Source: Cellulosilyticaceae bacterium
GTDB lineage: Bacteria > Bacillota > Clostridia > Lachnospirales > Cellulosilyticaceae
Direction of reading: 5' to 3'
Assembly: GCA_036655715.1 (NCBI GenBank)
Contig: JAVVPO010000004.1
Coordinates: 2,660-66,659, forward strand
DNA: 64,000 bases
Every line of letters starts with the position of its first letter. Within the stretch, counting starts at the first letter, position 1. Made by a program: the position numbers and the translations under genes. Below the pieces are notes generated by a model. The model had not been told where the DNA came from and did no database searches. It saw nothing but the letters and a program-made list of their open reading frames with translations. Shown here one piece after another: positions 9,829 through 19,146 of this stretch.

Positions 9829-11403
9829 TTATTTATAAGCTCTATCGTATGCTGCTTGGTATGCTGCTAGAATTTCATCTGACCCTAATTCTTTACATTT
9901 TTCTAGGTATTTATCAAATGAGCTATTGATATCTTCACTTCCAAGTACCCATTTTTGAAGCATTTCTTCTGTATAAGATTTAAGTGCTGGTCCTTTTTTA
10001 CTGATGAGCTCTAATTCTTCTGGTGTTTGTGTTAAACCTAAGTTTGGTACAATATCTAAGAATGGATCAGCTTCTAAGTATAAATCAATTCCAGCAAGAG
10101 CTATATCATTTGTCCATTGTCTTTCATACTCAAAGTCTTGTGGATATCCAATTTGAAGGTATCCCATATCTTTTATTTGATCATTTACTGGTTTATCTGC
10201 ATTTAATACTTCCTCTTTAAATACTGGTTTACCCTCTACCATATCATATGTTTCTCCTTCGATACCAAAGTTCATTACTCTAGCACCTTCTTCTGAGAAC
10301 ATATAATCAAATAATTTGATTGCATCTACTGGATCTTTACACTCTTTTGATATACCCCATCCACCATCATAAATCTGTGGTCTTGAGTACTGAGTCATTA
10401 CTTCCCCATTTAAATTTGCTGGTTGAAGAATAGGTACCCACTCTAGACCTTCAATTTGTCCTTCATAAGTTGTTTGGTATTTTGCTGTTGATGCAATCCA
10501 GTCTGTTGTTGATGCTCCCATGTTGCCCTCAAACATCACTTCCCTTGAATCTTTACCTCTTGTATAGATTTCTGGATCAATAAGTCCTTCACTGTAGATT
10601 CTAGCTACGTTTTCTACTGTTGTTTTGAATTCTGGCTTATATCTATCATCTATAATCACACCATCTTTTACATAACGTTCAAATGATGCTCCGTATAAAT
10701 TAAATACTGCTGCTATACCATTTTCTGTATTTCCAGCTCTATCAAAGTAACCAATCTCATCTTTTTTACCATTTTCATTTGCATCTTGCTCTCTAAATGT
10801 TCTAAGTGCTGTTTCATACTCTTCTACAGTTGTAGGAATTGGTAAGTTAAATTTATCTAACCAATCTTTTCTTATATACATAACCTCTGATACTTCTCCA
10901 TCTGGAAGGTATGGTATATAGTAGATGTGTCCATCTGTTCCTGTTGCTGCCGCTTTTACATCCGGTCTTTCTTCTAACATTTTCTTGATGTTAGGAGCAT
11001 GCTCATCAATTAAATCTTCAAGTGGTGTAAATAGCTTATCACCATTTTTAATAATATTAGCTTTAACTGCATGAATGATATCTGGAATATCTCCTGATGC
11101 TAGCATAAGATTGAATTGTTCATTATGCTCTCCACCTGGTGTTGTAGGTGCTGCTCCATTTAAAGTGATCCCTGTATCAGCTTGGATTTTTTTCCAAATT
11201 GGAGAGTCTGATTTAAATACTCTTAATCCATCATAGTAAAAGAAATCTAATGTTACATCTTTTTTAGTTTCTTCTTTTTTATCTGAAGTAGTAGTTGTTG
11301 TAGTGCCTTCTTCTACTTTAGCTCCACCTGTTGATGAACATCCTGTTAATACCATTATTCCTGCTAATGCTAATGCTAAAACACATTTCATTTTTAGTTT
11401 CAT
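9829..11403 (-). CDS. ABC transporter extracellular solute-binding lipoprotein, paralog 3
   Basis: 524 aa with signal and lipobox MKLKMKCVLALALAGIMVLTGCSST and SD AAGGAGAG. Only 61 nt, with no hairpin, separate it from paralog 2, so co-transcription is likely. Confidence 0.85.
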   Translation of the reverse strand: MKLKMKCVLALALAGIMVLTGCSSTGGAKVEEGTTTTTTSDKKEETKKDVTLDFFYYDGLRVFKSDSPIWKKIQADTGITLNGAAPTTPGGEHNEQFNLMLASGDIPDIIHAVKANIIKNGDKLFTPLEDLIDEHAPNIKKMLEERPDVKAAATGTDGHIYYIPYLPDGEVSEVMYIRKDWLDKFNLPIPTTVEEYETALRTFREQDANENGKKDEIGYFDRAGNTENGIAAVFNLYGASFERYVKDGVIIDDRYKPEFKTTVENVARIYSEGLIDPEIYTRGKDSREVMFEGNMGASTTDWIASTAKYQTTYEGQIEGLEWVPILQPANLNGEVMTQYSRPQIYDGGWGISKECKDPVDAIKLFDYMFSEEGARVMNFGIEGETYDMVEGKPVFKEEVLNADKPVNDQIKDMGYLQIGYPQDFEYERQWTNDIALAGIDLYLEADPFLDIVPNLGLTQTPEELELISKKGPALKSYTEEMLQKWVLGSEDINSSFDKYLEKCKELGSDEILAAYQAAYDRAYK

Positions 11404-11527
11404 TGGAATCTCTCCTTTTTGCTCTCTTATTTTAAGTTACTCTCTTATTTAAGTTGCAGGTCATTTATGCTGACCATCCCTTGCTTCCCCTTTACTATAT
11501 CTCACATTTTCACTAGTTTTCTATCTC

Positions 11528-11557
11528 CATTTATTATTGTTATGTGCAAAACAACAT
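11528..11557 (-). promoter_or_regulatory. Conserved bipartite upstream motif of the SBP genes (copy B)
   Basis: Plus strand catttatta-N6-tgtgcaaaacaacat, lying 125-154 nt upstream of the SBP3 start. It matches copy A at 4470-4499 at 23 of 24 positions in the two blocks. Confidence 0.35.
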
Positions 11558-12053
11558 TTTTTTCTAATAATTACATCTGTCTTTTTGGTGATTAGATTGC
11601 ATAGGCCCCTTTATATTTCCTTATTTATTAGTTAGTTAGTTATTTTCTTTGATATATCTTTTATTTATATTCTCCTTATGACATCCTTACCCTCCTTTTA
11701 CCTACCTATTGATTTTACTAGGTTTATGTTTTATTTAATTGTTTTTCACTTTTAAATTTAACTCTTTATTTTGTTTATATAACTATATTTTTTAGTAAAT
11801 TAAAATAATTTTCTTATGTATTTATACTTTTTCTCGTCTTTTCTTCTAGCTTTTCTCATTCCCTCTTTTTACTATGCTTATTATTTTAGAAATAAGGTTA
11901 AATCTGTTTTTTGGTATGCTTTCTTAAAAACTGAATACACATTTTCACTGCTATTAATATATAATTGAAGCAAATACTTTTATAAATTCTCAAACTTTTT
12001 TATCACCTCATTGGTGAAATTCACAAATAATTAAAAGGATACGGTAGATAACT

Positions 12054-13490
12054 ATGAAAAAACAACCAAACTTACTTTTTATTTTTGCGGATCAATGGCG
12101 GCGTCAAGCTGTAGGTTTTAATCAGCAAGATAAAGTTATTACACCTACACTAGATGCGCTTTCTAAAGAATCTTTAGTCTTTCGTAATGCGATTAGTTCT
12201 TGTCCATTATGTTCTCCTTTTAGAGCTTCTTTATTTACAGGTAAATATCCTTTATCTAATGGTGTATTCACAAATTGTAAAACAGGACTTAACATTATGC
12301 TTAAAGAAGAAGAAACTTGTCTAAGTGATATTCTTCATGATAACGGCTATCAAACTGCTTATATCGGCAAATGGCATCTAGATATTCCTGAAAAGCACTA
12401 CTTAGAGAATCCTATCTCTGGAGCTAAGGGCTGGGATGCTTATACTCCTCCAGGTAAAAAAAGACATCATTTCGACTTCTGGTATTCTTACGGGGCAGAT
12501 GACCACCATTTCACACCTCATTACTGGATGGATTCATCAGAGCAAATCAAAGTGAATGAATGGTCTATTACTCACGAAACAAACGTAGCTATAGATTATA
12601 TTAACATGCATAAGGATTCTCCATTTGCTATGTTTATTTCTTACAACCCACCGCATAGCCCTTATGACCTTGTTCCTGATAAGTATTTAGACCTCTACAA
12701 AGATACAGCAGTAGATTTTAGAGCTAATGTACAATTTGAGCATATTGGGTATCACACCCACGAACAAAAAGAGTATAATAAGGAAGAGATTACTACCATG
12801 ACTAAGCAGTACTTCGCTGCTGTAACAGGTTTAGATGACCATATTGGTCAGGTCATTGATTGTCTCAAAGCCAATCAAATCGCTGATGATACCATTATTA
12901 TCATTACTTCTGATCATGGCGATATGATGGGCTCTCATGGGTTAATGGCAAAACACGTATGGTATGAAGAATCTGTAGGTGTACCATTCATCCTTCATTG
13001 GAAAAATGGAGAACTTAAGACTGGTACTTCAGATATCGTCCTAGATACTACAGATATCATGCCAACTCTACTCCATTTATTGAATCTTAACTGTCCTGAT
13101 TCAGTAGAAGGTATAGATATAGCTGATTGTATCTTAGAAACTGATATGCCTTCTCAGCTAGAAGCTAACAAACCAGGCTTCTTATGTTGCTTCCCTGGAC
13201 GTGATGTATTCCAAGCAGAGTTTGAAAAGGCTGGGCTTAATCAGCTAGACTTTGGCTGGCGTGGTATTAGAACACCTGAATATACTTTTGTCATTCACCT
13301 AGGTTATTATCCAGACTGTACTACCCCTACAAAATTACTTTATGACCTCAAAAATGATCCTTATCAATTATCACCCATACCTTATGATAATGAGGCCTAT
13401 AAAGATATCATCCAAAATTTAGAAACTCATCTACTTACTTGGCTAGAAAAACAAAATGATGGGTTCTTAAATATATTAAATAATCATTAA
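12054..13490 (+). CDS. Sulfatase (Cys-type formylglycine-dependent), cytoplasmic
   Basis: 478 aa. It has LLFIFADQWR, the formylglycine motif C-S-P-F-R (Cys53, 12210-12212) followed by ASLFTGKYP, and ITSDHGDMMG. There is no signal peptide. Confidence 0.9.
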   Translation: MKKQPNLLFIFADQWRRQAVGFNQQDKVITPTLDALSKESLVFRNAISSCPLCSPFRASLFTGKYPLSNGVFTNCKTGLNIMLKEEETCLSDILHDNGYQTAYIGKWHLDIPEKHYLENPISGAKGWDAYTPPGKKRHHFDFWYSYGADDHHFTPHYWMDSSEQIKVNEWSITHETNVAIDYINMHKDSPFAMFISYNPPHSPYDLVPDKYLDLYKDTAVDFRANVQFEHIGYHTHEQKEYNKEEITTMTKQYFAAVTGLDDHIGQVIDCLKANQIADDTIIIITSDHGDMMGSHGLMAKHVWYEESVGVPFILHWKNGELKTGTSDIVLDTTDIMPTLLHLLNLNCPDSVEGIDIADCILETDMPSQLEANKPGFLCCFPGRDVFQAEFEKAGLNQLDFGWRGIRTPEYTFVIHLGYYPDCTTPTKLLYDLKNDPYQLSPIPYDNEAYKDIIQNLETHLLTWLEKQNDGFLNILNNH

Positions 13491-13501
13491 GGAGAATTTT
13501 T

Positions 13502-15031
13502 ATGCCAAAACAATTTATTTTTATTATGACTGATACTCAAAGAGCTGATATGCTCGGGTGCTATGGCAACAAAAACATGATTACCCCTTCACTAGATAAG
13601 TTAAGTGAGGATGGCATTCGCTTTACTAATGCTTATACAACACAGCCAGTATGTGGACCAGCTCGTTCTGCACTTTTCACAGGGCTTTATCCACATAGTA
13701 ATGGTTCTTGGACTAACTGTGTAGGTCTTGATGCTACTGTGAAAACTGTAGGTCAAAGACTTTCTCACGACAACGTTCATGCAGCTTACATCGGCAAATG
13801 GCATCTTGATGGTGGAGATTACTTTGGCCATGGTAAATGTCCGGATGGATGGGACGCCAATTACTGGTATGACATGAGAAATTATTTAAATGAACTTTCA
13901 GAAGATGAAAGATTTAAATCCCGTCAAGTAGATACTATTTTTGAAGGTGACGGCGTAGATGCTTCCTTTACATATGGCCGCAGATGCTCAGATAGAGCCA
14001 TAGACTTTATAGAAAAACATAAAGATGAAGATTTCTTCCTCGTTGTATCTTATGATGAACCACATCACCCATTCCTAGCACCAAAGAAATATGCCCAGAT
14101 GTACAAAGAGTACAACTTCCCTGTTAGTGAGAATGTGTTTGATTCACTTGAAAACAAACCCGAACATCACAAAGCTTGGGCTGGTCCTAGACTTCATGAA
14201 GACAGATCAAATTATATTATCAATGAAGCTGCTTACTTTGGTTCAAACACTTTCATAGATGATGAGATTGGTCGTGTATTAGAAGCTTATAGAACTAATA
14301 CACCTGATGCTTTAATTATGTATACTTCTGACCACGGAGATCATCTTGGTTCACATCGCCTTGATAACAAAGGTGCTAGTATGTATGAGGAAATCACTAA
14401 CATTCCATTCATCATCAGTGGAACGCCTGTTAAAGCAAGCAACGTTGTAAATGAGTATCCTATTTCTCATATTGATGTAACACCTTCTATTCTTGATTAC
14501 TTCAATACAGAAAAATATGCTATGCTTCAAGGTAAATCTCTTCTGCCATTACTAAGAGATGCAGATGCTAAGATTAACAATGAAATCTTCGTTGAATTTG
14601 GTAGATACGAAATCGCACATGATTACTTTGGTGGATTCCAACCTATCCGCTGCATCTATGATGGTAGATACAAATTAGTTGTAAATTTACTTTCCTCAGA
14701 TGAACTTTATGACTTAGAAAAAGACCCAGCTGAGATGGTTAACCTCATTGAAGATGAATCCCATCATGTACTAAGAGATAAAATGCATGATAAACTACTA
14801 GACTGGATGAATGAAACACGCGATCCATTCAGAGGTTACTACTGGGAAAGAAGACCTTGGAGAAAAGATGCACGTATTGCCAGCTGGAACTATACAGGCT
14901 ACTGTAGACAAAAGTCTCCTGACTATGATGAACTAACAGAGTATAACTATACTACAGCACAAATCAATCCAAACCCTGTATACCAATTAGTTACCCCTGT
15001 TAATACAAGAGAAAATGAATTAAATAAATAA
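13502..15031 (+). CDS. Sulfatase (Cys-type formylglycine-dependent), cytoplasmic
   Basis: 509 aa. It has FIFIMTDTQRAD, the motif C-G-P-A-R (Cys51, 13652-13654) followed by SALFTGLYP, and YTSDHGDHLG. SD AAGGAGA is present and there is no signal peptide. The gap to the upstream sulfatase is 11 nt. Confidence 0.9.
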   Translation: MPKQFIFIMTDTQRADMLGCYGNKNMITPSLDKLSEDGIRFTNAYTTQPVCGPARSALFTGLYPHSNGSWTNCVGLDATVKTVGQRLSHDNVHAAYIGKWHLDGGDYFGHGKCPDGWDANYWYDMRNYLNELSEDERFKSRQVDTIFEGDGVDASFTYGRRCSDRAIDFIEKHKDEDFFLVVSYDEPHHPFLAPKKYAQMYKEYNFPVSENVFDSLENKPEHHKAWAGPRLHEDRSNYIINEAAYFGSNTFIDDEIGRVLEAYRTNTPDALIMYTSDHGDHLGSHRLDNKGASMYEEITNIPFIISGTPVKASNVVNEYPISHIDVTPSILDYFNTEKYAMLQGKSLLPLLRDADAKINNEIFVEFGRYEIAHDYFGGFQPIRCIYDGRYKLVVNLLSSDELYDLEKDPAEMVNLIEDESHHVLRDKMHDKLLDWMNETRDPFRGYYWERRPWRKDARIASWNYTGYCRQKSPDYDELTEYNYTTAQINPNPVYQLVTPVNTRENELNK

Positions 15032-15079
15032 TATGTTAAACTAGATAACGAGAAAAAATATTATACTTAAGGTGAGAAT

Positions 15080-16813
15080 ATGATAGAGATTACTAATAAA
15101 ATTATGATTGATAACAAAGAAGTCAGAATCATGAGTGGTGCCATTCACTACTTTAGAATGGTAAAAGAAGATTACAAAGATCGTTTACTCAAATTAAAAG
15201 CTTGCGGATTCAACACAGTAGAAACTTATGTCGCTTGGAATATACATGAACCTAACAAAGGTGATTTTGTATTTGATGGTCATTTTGATTTAGATGCATT
15301 TATTCAAACAGCTGCAGAACTTGGGTTGTACGTTATTGTAAGACCTGGTCCATACATCTGTGCTGAATGGGACTTCGGCGGATTCCCAGCTTGGCTTTTA
15401 GAAGACAAAAACATGCAGTTAAGATGCTTCTACGAACCATACCTTAAACATGTTGACACCTGGTTTGATGCTTTAATGCCTCATATCGTTCCTTATTTAC
15501 ATACAAATGGCGGTCCTGTTATTGCTGTTCAAGTTGAAAATGAATATGGTAGCTACGGGGATGACAAAAAATACCTAGAATATATGAGACAAGGTCTTAT
15601 TGCGAGAGGTGTAGATGTTCCTTTATTCACATCTGATGGCAGTACGGACTATATGCTTACAGGTGGTACCCTTCCAAACGTCTTCAAGACAGCTAACTTC
15701 GGTGGGCATGTAGATGAAAACTTTGATAAACTATTACAGCACCAACCAAATATGCCTCTTATGTGTATGGAATTTTGGGATGGTTGGTTCGATCACTGGG
15801 GTGTAGCTCACCACACTAGAGAATCAGAAGAAGTTATCAGTGTATTTGAAGAAATGTTAGCAAGAAATGCTCATGTTAACTTCTACATGTTCCATGGCGG
15901 TACGAACTTCGGCTTTATGAATGGTGCTAACTTCTATGAAAAGTATAATCCAACAGCTACAAGCTACGATTACTGCGCACTTCTTACAGAAGCGGGTGAT
16001 ATCACGCCAACTTATTTAAAAGTACGTGAAACCATCGAAAAGCACTTTGGCAAAGTAGAAATGGACATTCCAGCTAACTCTATCAAAAAAGCTTACGGCA
16101 AAGTAACCTTCACGAAGCAAGCCAAACTCTTTGAGAACCTTGAGAATCTTTGCGAAGTAAAACATAGTCAGGTACCTCTTAATATGGAAGCTCTTGGTCA
16201 AAACTATGGTTATATCTTCTACCGTAAGCAAGTTGAAGGGCCAAGAGAAAAGTTATCTCTTAAAATCTTAAACGTACACGATAGAGCACAAATCTTCTTA
16301 GATGATAAAGACCTTGGCATCTATTCAAGAGATGAAAAGCAAGAGTTAGAAATCTCTATCCCTAAAGAAGGCGCTAAATTAGAAGTACTTGTAGAAAACT
16401 TAGGTAGAGTAAACTACGGCGCCGAACTTCAAGACTATAAAGGCATCACTAAAGGTATCACTATCGGGGATCGTTTCATCTTTGGTTTTGATATTTATAA
16501 TCTTGAAATGAATAACTTAGAGAAGCTTAGCTTTACACCAGTTACTTCTGACATTGCTACACCAAGTTTCTACCAAGCAACTTTCGAAGTTGATCAAAAA
16601 CATGATACTTTCCTTAAATTTGAACACTTAACTAAGGGGTTTGTTCTTATTAATGGATTCAATATCGGTAGATACTGGAACATAGGACCTCAAGAAACAC
16701 TTTATGTACCTTCTCACCTACTTAAAGAAGGCACTAATGAACTCGTTATCTTCGAACAACATGGCGCAAAAGAGCTCTCTATTGAGTTTGTAGATACTGC
16801 TATCTTAGGCTAA
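15080..16813 (+). CDS. Beta-galactosidase, glycoside hydrolase family 35
   Basis: 577 aa with blocks GAIHYFR, VETYVAWNIHEP, RPGPYICAEWDFGGFPAWL and VQVENEYGSYG. There is no signal peptide. Confidence 0.9.
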   Translation: MIEITNKIMIDNKEVRIMSGAIHYFRMVKEDYKDRLLKLKACGFNTVETYVAWNIHEPNKGDFVFDGHFDLDAFIQTAAELGLYVIVRPGPYICAEWDFGGFPAWLLEDKNMQLRCFYEPYLKHVDTWFDALMPHIVPYLHTNGGPVIAVQVENEYGSYGDDKKYLEYMRQGLIARGVDVPLFTSDGSTDYMLTGGTLPNVFKTANFGGHVDENFDKLLQHQPNMPLMCMEFWDGWFDHWGVAHHTRESEEVISVFEEMLARNAHVNFYMFHGGTNFGFMNGANFYEKYNPTATSYDYCALLTEAGDITPTYLKVRETIEKHFGKVEMDIPANSIKKAYGKVTFTKQAKLFENLENLCEVKHSQVPLNMEALGQNYGYIFYRKQVEGPREKLSLKILNVHDRAQIFLDDKDLGIYSRDEKQELEISIPKEGAKLEVLVENLGRVNYGAELQDYKGITKGITIGDRFIFGFDIYNLEMNNLEKLSFTPVTSDIATPSFYQATFEVDQKHDTFLKFEHLTKGFVLINGFNIGRYWNIGPQETLYVPSHLLKEGTNELVIFEQHGAKELSIEFVDTAILG

Positions 16814-16836
16814 TTACAGCTAATCATTTAACACTT

Positions 16837-16897
16837 AGAGGGAATATCTCAGATACAAGGTAATCTAATCAGATTATCAGAGGTACTCCCTCTTTTT
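16837..16897 (+). terminator. Composite terminator after the GH35 gene
   Basis: Outer stem agaggga (16837-16843) / tccctct (16887-16893) followed by ttttt. It encloses an inner hairpin taatct-aatc-agatta. Confidence 0.5.
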
Positions 16898-17009
16898 ATA
16901 CACTTATTTAAGATGGGATAAATTCATTAACCTTATCCTATTTAACATATTATACTTAATAGTGTATAATATATTTATACACCTATTCCAAGATATTAAA
17001 GGAGTTACT

Positions 17010-18986
17010 ATGAAAACTTTCAATTCACAAAATTTAGAACAACTCTCACACTACTGTCAATCTCACTTTTCACATGATGTCACACATATCCTTCGCATTG
17101 CAGATGAAGTGTGTGAGCAAACTTTCTTATTCGACCTGCCTTGGGACATGGAACGTACTTTTATACCTTATACATTCAAAGATGAAATAGACTGGGATTA
17201 CTCAGCTAATGGAGATGAAGAATGGACCTTTATGCTAGCTAGACATCGCTACATGGTATGTCTTGGACAAGCTTACTCACTGACAAAAGATGAGAAGTAT
17301 GCTTTAGCTTTCGTTAGATTATGTAGTGATTTCATCGATCACGCTCCACTTACACCCGTGTCTCCTAAGACAACCTGGCGTACGATTGATTCAGCTATTC
17401 GCATCGAGAACTGGATTAAAGCCTATAGCCATATGAATGATAGCGTTCATTTCACCACAGAGTTCAAAGACAAGCTTTTTACATCACTTATAGAGCATGG
17501 TACATACTTACATCACTATCATGATACCTTTAGAACCCTTAGTAACTGGGGCGTTCTTCAGTACAATGGACTTCTTCTTCTTGGGCTATTTATGCCAGAG
17601 CATCCACTTAGTGAATCCTTTATCCAAACAGCTTTAACCCACTTAGAGACACAGGCCAAAATACAGGTGATGGATGATGGCGCTCACTGGGAACAATCTC
17701 CGATGTATCACAACGAAGTTCTTCATTGCTATCTCAATGTGGTTCATATGGCTAAAGTAAATCATCTAGAGTTACCAGCTATCATCTTAGAAAAAACAAA
17801 AGCAATGTGCTATGCTAACCTTTACTGGGCTAAGCCAAATCATCATCAAGTCATTCAAAGTGATTCTGATGATACTGATGTAAGAGACCTTATTACAAAA
17901 GGTGCTTATCTCTTTGCAGACCCAGTTCTTAAATTTGCTGGTTACGAAAGGCTAGACTTTGAAGCTGCTTGGGATTTAGGTTTAGAGGCTATTAAAACTT
18001 ATGAAGAACTTGACTCTACTCCTCCGGCTGTTACTTCAATCCCGTTATCAGATAGTGGTAATTATTATCTTAGAGACTCTTGGGAAGAAAACGCAAACTT
18101 TATGCACTTCCGCTGTGGTACTCTAGGAAGTGGTCACGGCCATGCCGATCTCTTACATATTGATTTAGCAGCTTATGGTGAAGATATCCTTATAGATAGT
18201 GGTCGTTACACTTATCTTAATACTAAAGAACGCTTAGACCTGAAATCTTCTTCAGCTCACAACACAACAACTGTAGATAATCTACAATTCTCAGAATGCA
18301 CTGATTCTTGGGGTTATGGACATCTTGCCAAATATGTCAAAGGTAATTTTATCACTAAAGGAAACTATGAAATGGTATCTGGCAGTCATCTAGGCTATAT
18401 GACTCTTCCAAATGGCGGTATCTACACAACACGTAAAGTCATCTATATCAAACCAGATATCTTTGTTATTGTAGATGCCTTCTATGGTCAAGGTGTTCAC
18501 ACTTATGAAGAACATTTCCACTTCAATAACGAAGGGACATTATCTGTAGATGAATCTGCTATCTATACAGGTCAAAAAGCTCACGCCAAGCTTATCTGTG
18601 TATCACCTGATGTTACTTCTGAGATATTAGATAGTCAGCTTTCTAAGCATTACAACAAAATAGAGACTAACCAAAAAGTTAAGTTCTCTAAAAATGGTGA
18701 TGGCTTTACTTCTATGCTCTCTATTATCTCCACAGATTCTGTAGATACACCAAGTAATTTTACAGCTATCAAAGTTCCAGTATCCTTTGCTGGAAAAGGT
18801 ACTCTATTACGTGATGACCAAGTGGAAGCCATCCACATTACCAAAGGAACTAAAGAGTATACAGTAATCATCTGCCACAACGAAGTAATCGGTGGTGTTG
18901 ACTTACTTGTTGCTAATGGCCACCAAGGTTATGGAGAAGTCATGGTCTTTGATAAATGCGGTGACCTTACTGTCCTAAGTTGGTAA
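17010..18986 (+). CDS. Heparinase II/III-like protein (alginate-lyase-like N-domain plus heparinase II/III C-domain)
   Basis: Blocks NWGVLQYNGL and HGHADLLHIDLAAYGEDILIDSGRYTY are present. I prefer the ATG at 17010 (SD AAAGGAG at 16998-17004) over the GTG at 16962 used by the ORF track. There is no signal peptide. Confidence 0.8.
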   Translation: MKTFNSQNLEQLSHYCQSHFSHDVTHILRIADEVCEQTFLFDLPWDMERTFIPYTFKDEIDWDYSANGDEEWTFMLARHRYMVCLGQAYSLTKDEKYALAFVRLCSDFIDHAPLTPVSPKTTWRTIDSAIRIENWIKAYSHMNDSVHFTTEFKDKLFTSLIEHGTYLHHYHDTFRTLSNWGVLQYNGLLLLGLFMPEHPLSESFIQTALTHLETQAKIQVMDDGAHWEQSPMYHNEVLHCYLNVVHMAKVNHLELPAIILEKTKAMCYANLYWAKPNHHQVIQSDSDDTDVRDLITKGAYLFADPVLKFAGYERLDFEAAWDLGLEAIKTYEELDSTPPAVTSIPLSDSGNYYLRDSWEENANFMHFRCGTLGSGHGHADLLHIDLAAYGEDILIDSGRYTYLNTKERLDLKSSSAHNTTTVDNLQFSECTDSWGYGHLAKYVKGNFITKGNYEMVSGSHLGYMTLPNGGIYTTRKVIYIKPDIFVIVDAFYGQGVHTYEEHFHFNNEGTLSVDESAIYTGQKAHAKLICVSPDVTSEILDSQLSKHYNKIETNQKVKFSKNGDGFTSMLSIISTDSVDTPSNFTAIKVPVSFAGKGTLLRDDQVEAIHITKGTKEYTVIICHNEVIGGVDLLVANGHQGYGEVMVFDKCGDLTVLSW

Positions 18987-19067
18987 ACCCCACTAGGACA
19001 CTTATATTCTAGTGGTATTCACATCTTAATATTATTTACATCTTAGTGCTACTTAAACAGGCTACAG

Positions 19068-19096
19068 CAAAAAAAGGGGATTTCTCCCCTTTTTTA
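19068..19096 (+). terminator. Rho-independent terminator
   Basis: aaaaagggga-tttc-tccccttttt: a GC core stem ggggа/tcccc extended by A/T pairs, followed by a T-run. Confidence 0.8.
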
Positions 19097-19146
19097 TTTA
19101 TTATCTTATTTAACACACTATACTTAATTATATTTGGAGGTTTACT

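Noticed and set aside
11671-11700. Minus-strand mini-ORF AAGGAGGG-taagg-ATG-TCA-TAA followed by a second SD-like AAGGAGA
   Set aside because: It has only two codons. It lies upstream of the conserved SBP3 motif, so it is probably outside the transcript. The second SD has no start codon. It is most likely chance or a relic.
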